Source: Acinetobacter wanghuae | Lineage (GTDB): Bacteria; Pseudomonadota; Gammaproteobacteria; Pseudomonadales; Moraxellaceae | NCBI RefSeq assembly: GCF_009557235.1 | Contig: NZ_CP045650.1 | Coordinates: 2,100,001 to 2,132,000, forward strand | Direction: 5' to 3' | DNA length: 32,000 nucleotides | Shown: piece by piece, positions 25,892-32,000 of the stretch | Numbering within the stretch: the stretch's first letter is position 1 | Layout of the letters: each line of letters starts with the position of its first letter | Program-made: the position numbers and the translations under genes | Notes under the pieces: generated by a model | What the model was told of the DNA's origin: nothing | The model's database searches: none | Seen by the model: only the letters and a program-made list of their open reading frames with translations

Positions 25892-26430
25892 GGTAATAGA
25901 CTCCGTACATCAACCGGCGCACTTTCACGTTGCGCTTGACCTTTGTCTTTACCTGCAACAGCCATACCTGTTACACGGTAGAAGTTATAGTCAGGATATT
26001 TACCAGGACCTGAAATCAGTAAATGTTCTTTTTCATAGACTAAGTCTTGACGAACATATTCACCGAGTTCGAAATCAGGTGTCATCTGAATGGCAGTCGT
26101 TGGACATGCTTCTTCACACATACCGCAGAAAATACAACGTGAGAAGTTAATACGGAAGAATTCCGGATACCAACGACCATCTTCTTTTTCTGCTTTTTGT
26201 AGTGAGATACAGCCGACAGGACAAGCAACCGCACAGAGGTTACATGCCACACAGCGTTCCTCGCCATCTGGGTCACGTGTCAATACAATACGACCACGGA
26301 AACGTGGTGGCACGATATCTTCAGCTTTCACTTCCGGATATAAAATGGTGTCACGTTTGCGCGTTGCATGGCTAAACACCATAAACAACGAACGAACGAT
26401 TGACCCGAATCCAGCTAGAAATTTAAACAT
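25888..26430 (-). CDS. nuoI: NADH-quinone oxidoreductase subunit I
   Basis: Two 4Fe-4S ferredoxin motifs: [12 protein letters not shown] and [12 protein letters not shown]. Confidence 0.97.
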   Translation of the reverse strand: MFKFLAGFGSIVRSLFMVFSHATRKRDTILYPEVKAEDIVPPRFRGRIVLTRDPDGEERCVACNLCAVACPVGCISLQKAEKEDGRWYPEFFRINFSRCIFCGMCEEACPTTAIQMTPDFELGEYVRQDLVYEKEHLLISGPGKYPDYNFYRVTGMAVAGKDKGQAQRESAPVDVRSLLP

Positions 26431-26448
26431 TTTGTTCTCCCTGCTGTC

Positions 26449-27468
26449 TTAGGCCGTATGATTCATCAGAATCACAGCACCAGTCACCAAAAGGTTAACC
26501 AACGCGAGTGGCAAGCAAATTTTCCAACCAAAGTTCATCACTTGGTCATAACGTGGACGCATTAAAGAACCACGCGCCAATACAAACATCATTACAAAGA
26601 ATGCTGTTTTGATAATGAACCAGAATGCAGGTGGAATGAACGAAAGTTCAAGGTTAAATGGCGCAAGCCAACCACCGAAGAATAAGGTCACGATTAAAGC
26701 AGAGATGAGAACTACGTTGACGTATTCGGCAACGAAGAACATACCCCATTTCATACCACCGTATTCGACATGGTAACCTTCCGCCAATTCTTGTTCCGCT
26801 TCTGGTTGGTCAAATGGGTGACGATGCGTTACCGCAACACCCGCAACCATGAAGATAAGGAAACCTAAGAACTGAGGAACCACAAACCATACATCACGTT
26901 GTGCTTCTACAATTTCACGCATGTTGAATGAGCCTGCAATTGCAACCACACCCATCAAGGAAATACCCAAGAACACTTCATAAGAAATGGTTTGAGCAGC
27001 AGAACGTAGACCACCGAGTAATGCATATTTGTTATTTGATGACCAACCACCAAACAATACTGCATACACAGCAAGACCCGCCATTGCCATAAAGAACAAC
27101 AGACCAATGCTCATGTCCGAAACACCTAAGTATGGTGAAACCGGAATAACCATAAACGACAATACCGCAGTTGCCATCGCAACTGCAGGTGCCATACGGA
27201 AGGTTAATTTGTCAGCAAATTTTGGTGTCCAGTCTTCTTTGAACATGATTTTGAGCATGTCGGCAACGATCTGGAAAATACCACCCGGACCTACACGGTT
27301 CGGACCGTAACGGTCTTGCCACAAACCTAAAAGACGACGTTCAATAAAAGACATCAACGCAGCGATCAATACCACAACCAGTAAGATCACAATTGCTTGC
27401 AGAACTGAATAGGCGATTGGCCAGTTTTCAGCCCAAAGCGGCGTTTGACGGATTAATTCTTGTTCCAT
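26449..27468 (-). CDS. nuoH: NADH-quinone oxidoreductase subunit H
   Basis: 339-aa polytopic subunit. [19 protein letters not shown] matches the conserved NuoH/ND1 N-terminal motif. Confidence 0.96.
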   Translation of the reverse strand: MEQELIRQTPLWAENWPIAYSVLQAIVILLVVVLIAALMSFIERRLLGLWQDRYGPNRVGPGGIFQIVADMLKIMFKEDWTPKFADKLTFRMAPAVAMATAVLSFMVIPVSPYLGVSDMSIGLLFFMAMAGLAVYAVLFGGWSSNNKYALLGGLRSAAQTISYEVFLGISLMGVVAIAGSFNMREIVEAQRDVWFVVPQFLGFLIFMVAGVAVTHRHPFDQPEAEQELAEGYHVEYGGMKWGMFFVAEYVNVVLISALIVTLFFGGWLAPFNLELSFIPPAFWFIIKTAFFVMMFVLARGSLMRPRYDQVMNFGWKICLPLALVNLLVTGAVILMNHTA

Positions 27469-27471
27469 GAA

Positions 27472-30150
27472 TTACACTCCTACCGCGACTGATACAGGCT
27501 CTGCAAGAGATACCGTTGGTGCTAGACCAATTGGGTAACCAATATAACCTGTTGGTAAATATTCAATCACTTGCACTGGAAGAACGATTGAAGCCTCACC
27601 TGCTTTCACAGTGATTTTTTGACCGTCTGTTAAGTTCAAGCGTGTTGCATCTTGTTCACCGACTGCAAAGACCGCTTCAGGAATACGCGATTCCATGGCT
27701 GGTGTTTTCAGGGTAAATTCGCCAGACGCGAAGATGTGGTGCATTGGCACTAAGCGGAAGCTTTCAGCGTTTACAAGTACAGGCGCAGGTGCGACATAGC
27801 TACGTGCAGGACGTTTTGCCAAACGATCAAATAAACGAATACCTGAATCACCACCTTTCAATGAACCGCCCACTGTTTCTTGGAATTTATTCCAAGCTTG
27901 TGGTGAGTTCCAACCCGCAGACCATGCAAATGGTACAAGCGCAGACGGTGTTTGATTACCGACATAACCTTCCATCGAGAATGTTAATGCAGAATCTTTA
28001 TCGGTTGGTTGTTTCGGCTCATGAATCGACAACGGCGCACGCATAGAGGTACGACCGGAGTAACGACGTGGTTCACGTGCCACTTTTAAGCCATGTACAC
28101 GGAAGCCTGCATCTGGTGCTACATCTTGAATTGCTTCTAACGCAGGTACATTTTTCGCAACTGCTTCAATCACATCATCAAGCACGGTCCAAGCAATCGC
28201 TTGACCTTTCACGCCAGTTTCAATGGCATGCAACCAGCGCCAAGATTCTTTGATCGCAAGTTCTGGTTTGTAGTAGCTCGGGTCATACACTTGATAGAAA
28301 CGTTGTGCACGGCCTTCTTGCGATACAACCGTACCATCACCTTCGGCGAAGCTTGCAGCAGAAAGTACGATATTCGCTTTCTTCACAGTTTCAGTTTCTG
28401 AGTGATCAAGAACAATCACTTCTTTGCCTGAAAGTGCAGCATCGACTTGTGCAGCAGGTAAACGACGATAAAGGTCATTTTCCACAATCACAACAGTGTC
28501 ATAGTCTTGTGCAAATGCTTGCTCAAGGCTGTTGCCACCGAAGATTGCCAAGCCCATTGAGTTCACTTCAGGAACAGTCAAAGTTAAGCCTGCATTGCCA
28601 AGGTTTTGCGCCACTTGTGCAGCAGCTTCCATGATCGCTGGATCTTGTAAGCTTGTACCCGAAATAATGAGTGGTTTTTTCGCAGCTTTTAAGGTATCTG
28701 CAATGGTTTGTGCAAATGCTTTCGCATCATCGTCTAAACCAAGAACGCTTTCGCCTTTAATGCTTGCAGCAACTGCAAAACCTAAACGCGCAATGTCGTT
28801 TGGAGAAGCAACAACCTCACCTGTCGCAACGTCAGACAAACGTGTTTGTGTTGCAGCCAAAATGTAAATCGGAGATTTCGCATCTTGGGCAATACGCTGA
28901 ACAGGTTCAGCCAACCATTCTTGCGTACGGCGCTCTGCCGCCATTTCCTTGCCTTTATTTTTCGCAGCTTGGCGAACAGATAAAGCCATACGTGGCGCAG
29001 TTTGTGTCAGGTCTTCACCCAAAATCAATACAGCATCGTAGCTTTCGATTTCACGCATACCTGGGTTGTAAACACCCTCGGTTTGCATAATAGACGCTGC
29101 AAGCTCAACTAAGTTTTGCTCTTTTTGAGATAAACCTGTTGAGAAGTTGTCCTGACCCACCAATTCACGAAGTGCAAAGTTTGATTCAAGCGATGCACGC
29201 GGAGAACCGATACCCAACACTTTTTTGCCTTGGATTTTTGCAATCACAGTATCAAGCGCTGTATCTACAGACACAGTTTCAACGTTTGTACCTTGACGGA
29301 ACTGTGGTTGACGCGGACGATCTTCACGGTTCACATAACCCGTACCGAAACGACCTTTATCACATAGGAAGTATTGGTTCACTTCACCGTTGAAACGGTT
29401 TTCGACACGACGCAGCTCACCATAACGTTCACCCGGAGAAATATTACAACCCGAAGAACAGCCTTGGCATACGCTTGGCGCATACTGCATGTCCCACTTA
29501 CGGTTATAACGTTCTGAATGCGTTTTGTCGGTGAATACACCTGTTGGGCAGACTTCAGTCAAGTTACCTGAGAATTCAGATTCTAATGTACCTGATTCTG
29601 GACGACCAAAGTAAACGCGTGATGCATTCGCATAGACACCAAAGTCTGTGCCGCCAGCGTAGTCTTTGTAGTAACGAACACAACGGTAACATGCGATACA
29701 ACGGTTCATCTCGTGCGCAATAAACGAACCAAGCTCTTGGTTGTAATGCGTACGTTTAGTGAAACGGTAACGACGACGATCGTGCTGTGTCATGACTGTC
29801 ATATCTTGTAAATGACAGTGACCACCTTCTTCACAGACTGGGCAGTCGTGTGGGTGGTTGGTCATTAAGAATTCAACAATCGATGCACGGAATTCCGTTG
29901 CTTCTTTGTCTTCAATCGAAATATAGGAATTGTCAGAAGCTGGCGTCATACATGACATCACCAAACGTCCACGCGTATCTTCTGGATTCGCGTATTGTTT
30001 GACGGCACATTGACGGCAAGAACCAACAGAACCTAAGGATGGATGCCAACAAAAGTATGGAATATCCAGACCCAAAGACAAACATGCTTGTAGCAAGTTT
30101 TCCGAGCCATTTACTTCGTAGTCTTTTCCATCGACATGAATTGTAGCCAT
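27472..30150 (-). CDS. nuoG: NADH-quinone oxidoreductase subunit G
   Basis: 892 aa. N-terminal 2Fe-2S and 4Fe-4S Cys clusters ([42 protein letters not shown]) are followed by a molybdopterin-oxidoreductase-like domain. Confidence 0.97.
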   Translation of the reverse strand: MATIHVDGKDYEVNGSENLLQACLSLGLDIPYFCWHPSLGSVGSCRQCAVKQYANPEDTRGRLVMSCMTPASDNSYISIEDKEATEFRASIVEFLMTNHPHDCPVCEEGGHCHLQDMTVMTQHDRRRYRFTKRTHYNQELGSFIAHEMNRCIACYRCVRYYKDYAGGTDFGVYANASRVYFGRPESGTLESEFSGNLTEVCPTGVFTDKTHSERYNRKWDMQYAPSVCQGCSSGCNISPGERYGELRRVENRFNGEVNQYFLCDKGRFGTGYVNREDRPRQPQFRQGTNVETVSVDTALDTVIAKIQGKKVLGIGSPRASLESNFALRELVGQDNFSTGLSQKEQNLVELAASIMQTEGVYNPGMREIESYDAVLILGEDLTQTAPRMALSVRQAAKNKGKEMAAERRTQEWLAEPVQRIAQDAKSPIYILAATQTRLSDVATGEVVASPNDIARLGFAVAASIKGESVLGLDDDAKAFAQTIADTLKAAKKPLIISGTSLQDPAIMEAAAQVAQNLGNAGLTLTVPEVNSMGLAIFGGNSLEQAFAQDYDTVVIVENDLYRRLPAAQVDAALSGKEVIVLDHSETETVKKANIVLSAASFAEGDGTVVSQEGRAQRFYQVYDPSYYKPELAIKESWRWLHAIETGVKGQAIAWTVLDDVIEAVAKNVPALEAIQDVAPDAGFRVHGLKVAREPRRYSGRTSMRAPLSIHEPKQPTDKDSALTFSMEGYVGNQTPSALVPFAWSAGWNSPQAWNKFQETVGGSLKGGDSGIRLFDRLAKRPARSYVAPAPVLVNAESFRLVPMHHIFASGEFTLKTPAMESRIPEAVFAVGEQDATRLNLTDGQKITVKAGEASIVLPVQVIEYLPTGYIGYPIGLAPTVSLAEPVSVAVGV

Positions 30151-30161
30151 AGTCGAATTCC

Positions 30162-31493
30162 TTAAACTTGTTCGGTGTTGCTAACTTGAGCGGCCGCATT
30201 TACGACTTTCGCTTCAAATTCGCCACGGAAATGTTTGAGAGCGCCCATAAGCGGTTCCATTGCACCCGGCGCATGGGCACAGAAAGTCTTACCAATCCAC
30301 AACTTACGAGTTAGTTCTTGTAAGTGATCGATATCTTCCTGTTTACCTGTACCATTTTCCAATGCTTTCAGCGCTTTCACCGCCCAAGGTAAACCATCAC
30401 GGCAAGGGGTACAGAAGCCACATGATTCACGTGCAAAGAATTCTTCTAAGTTACGTGTTGCAGACACCATACATTGGGTTTCATCCACCACCATGAGCAA
30501 ACATGTCCCTAAACGTGAACCTGCTTTCATGATGGTTTCAGCATCCATTGGCAAATCAATATGTTCTGCTGCCAAGAAGTCAGTTGATGCACCACCTGGT
30601 AACCATGCTTTCAGTTTTAAACCGTCGCGCATACCACCAGCATGTTCTTCAATCACTTCACGTGCAGTCGTACCAAATGGAAGCTCCCAAAGACCCGGGA
30701 ATTTCACTTTACCTGAGGCACCGTAAATTTTTGTGCCTGGATCTTTCGATTTACCCGCAGATAAACCGATATACCATTCAGGACCACGCAGCATGATTGC
30801 AGGTAAGTTGTTGTAGGTTTCTACGTTGTTGACAATCGTAGGACGCCCCCAAGCACCTGCCACTTGCGGGAATGGCGGCTTAGTACGTGGATTTGCACGG
30901 CGACCTTCAAGCGAGTTAATCAATGCAGTTTCTTCACCACAAATATAACGACCCGCACCCGTATGCACGTGTAAATCGAAGCTCCAACCAGATCCTAGGA
31001 TGTTTTCACCCAAGTAACCTTTGGCACGAATTTGCTCAAGTGCTTCATTTAAGTACTGAGCGGCCTCAATGTATTCGCCACGAATAAAGATATAACCGTG
31101 TGTTGCTTCTAGCGTATAACCCGCAATCAACATCCCTTCGATCAATTGATGTGGAAGATCTTCCATCAACAAACGGTCTTTAAAGGTACCCGGTTCCATT
31201 TCATCGGCATTACAAATCAGGTAACGTGGACCTGAATTGTCGTTTGGCGCCATGAGCGACCATTTAATACCTGCTGGGAAGCCTGCACCACCACGACCTT
31301 TTACAGTTGCAGCTTTAATGACATCAAGTACATCTTTAGGCGGCATTGTGAGTGCTTTTTTAAAGCCCGCATAACCTTCTAAAGCTTCATAGTCATCTGC
31401 ACTGCGAACATTGGCTTGTTTACTTAAACGCCAAGTCAGTGGATGCGTTTCTGGGTTACCGTCGCCATAAATTGGTTTTGGTTCAGTATTCAT
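30162..31493 (-). CDS. nuoF: NADH-quinone oxidoreductase subunit F
   Basis: 443 aa. [17 protein letters not shown]-binding motif and [10 protein letters not shown] 4Fe-4S motif. It overlaps nuoE by 4 nt (ATGA). Confidence 0.97.
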   Translation of the reverse strand: MNTEPKPIYGDGNPETHPLTWRLSKQANVRSADDYEALEGYAGFKKALTMPPKDVLDVIKAATVKGRGGAGFPAGIKWSLMAPNDNSGPRYLICNADEMEPGTFKDRLLMEDLPHQLIEGMLIAGYTLEATHGYIFIRGEYIEAAQYLNEALEQIRAKGYLGENILGSGWSFDLHVHTGAGRYICGEETALINSLEGRRANPRTKPPFPQVAGAWGRPTIVNNVETYNNLPAIMLRGPEWYIGLSAGKSKDPGTKIYGASGKVKFPGLWELPFGTTAREVIEEHAGGMRDGLKLKAWLPGGASTDFLAAEHIDLPMDAETIMKAGSRLGTCLLMVVDETQCMVSATRNLEEFFARESCGFCTPCRDGLPWAVKALKALENGTGKQEDIDHLQELTRKLWIGKTFCAHAPGAMEPLMGALKHFRGEFEAKVVNAAAQVSNTEQV

Positions 31494-31999
31494 ACATACT
31501 TCTCCAATAACTGTTTAATTGAAGTCACTTCAACCAGACCGTGCGTATCTTCATCAATCATTAAGGTTGGACCTTTGTCACAGTTACCTAAACAGCAAAT
31601 CGGAAGTAAAGTAAAACGACCATCAGCGGTGGTTTGACCAAACGAGATACCGAGTTCACGTTGGAATGCTTCTGCCAAAGTTTCCGCACCCATCAAGAAA
31701 CACGCAATCGAATCACATAATAAAATCACGTGACGACCAACAGGTTGACGGTAAATACGGTTATAGAATGTCGCCACGCCTTCCAAATCGGCAACGCTCA
31801 TTGAAAGCATTTGCGCGATGGCATTCATTTGTGCGTCATCGACCCAACCATTACGGCGTTGTACACATTTAAGTGCATCTAAACATGCCGCACGTGGGTA
31901 TGGGTAATGACCAATGTGATGTTCGATATCGTGAATTTCTTCCGCAGTCAAAATCCCTTCAACATTCACACGTGGTTTTTTATCAGTCAAAATCATCAT
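31490..31999 (-). CDS. nuoE: NADH-quinone oxidoreductase subunit E
   Basis: 169 aa. Thioredoxin-like 2Fe-2S ligands (LLCDSIAC ... [11 protein letters not shown]). The length matches E. coli NuoE (166 aa), so the ATG at 31999 or 31996 is probably the true start even though it lies at the window edge. Confidence 0.93.
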   Translation of the reverse strand: MMILTDKKPRVNVEGILTAEEIHDIEHHIGHYPYPRAACLDALKCVQRRNGWVDDAQMNAIAQMLSMSVADLEGVATFYNRIYRQPVGRHVILLCDSIACFLMGAETLAEAFQRELGISFGQTTADGRFTLLPICCLGNCDKGPTLMIDEDTHGLVEVTSIKQLLEKYV

Positions 32000-32000
32000 A

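Noticed and set aside
20323-31872. Many 60-120 aa ORFs overlapping the nuo genes, either antisense (e.g. 27744-29393, 22267-22533, 26090-26452, 30260-30796) or same-strand out-of-frame (e.g. 21554-21751, 25258-25524, 26082-26276)
   Set aside because: All lie inside strongly supported nuo coding sequences and have no RBS or recognisable motifs. They are typical shadow frames of long genes.
1-32000. CRISPR arrays, IS elements, transposases, integrases, prophage genes, tRNA/rRNA genes
   Set aside because: I saw no regularly spaced direct repeats, no ORF with transposase or integrase motifs, and no cloverleaf-like or rRNA-like segments when reading the intergenic regions. All intergenic regions are under about 250 bp. 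Short or degenerate elements could still be missed by eye.

Overview
The window reads as an ordinary core-chromosome segment of a roughly 40% GC gammaproteobacterium. Gene content and protein sequences look Acinetobacter-like, but that is my inference from memory, not a search.

Gene order, left to right:
- 5' part of apbC/mrp, running off the left edge (minus strand) and missing from the ORF track
- a LEA-like hydrophilin gene
- two uncharacterised minus-strand genes
- metG
- an AT-rich single-gene islet encoding a SMUG/MUG-like UDG-superfamily protein
- a secreted MBL-fold hydrolase, a LysE-family exporter and a small lipoprotein
- an ACC-deaminase/D-cysteine-desulfhydrase-family enzyme, a small membrane protein and a YhiN/HI0933-type flavoprotein
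- two short ORFs, a TM_helix-repeat membrane protein, a small Pro-rich membrane protein and an orphan 145-aa protein
- a BigR-type persulfide module: bigR divergent from yeeE-yedE-pdo2
- the fpr/finR divergent pair
- two atypical cold-shock-domain genes
- upp
- nuoN back to nuoE, the distal 10 genes of the NADH dehydrogenase I operon, all on the minus strand

I saw no CRISPR array, transposase, integrase, tRNA or rRNA.

Nothing here is a convincing multi-gene novel system. The best candidates are:
- the compositionally foreign UDG-like gene at 5025-5789, a possible modified-base or defence glycosylase
- the two-gene insertion at 1229-2760 in the usually tight apbC-metG junction, one product carrying a HEPN-like Rx4H motif
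- the CSD-TM-Excalibur fusion at 18052-18759

All functional calls rest on motifs I recognise by eye. No database search was possible.
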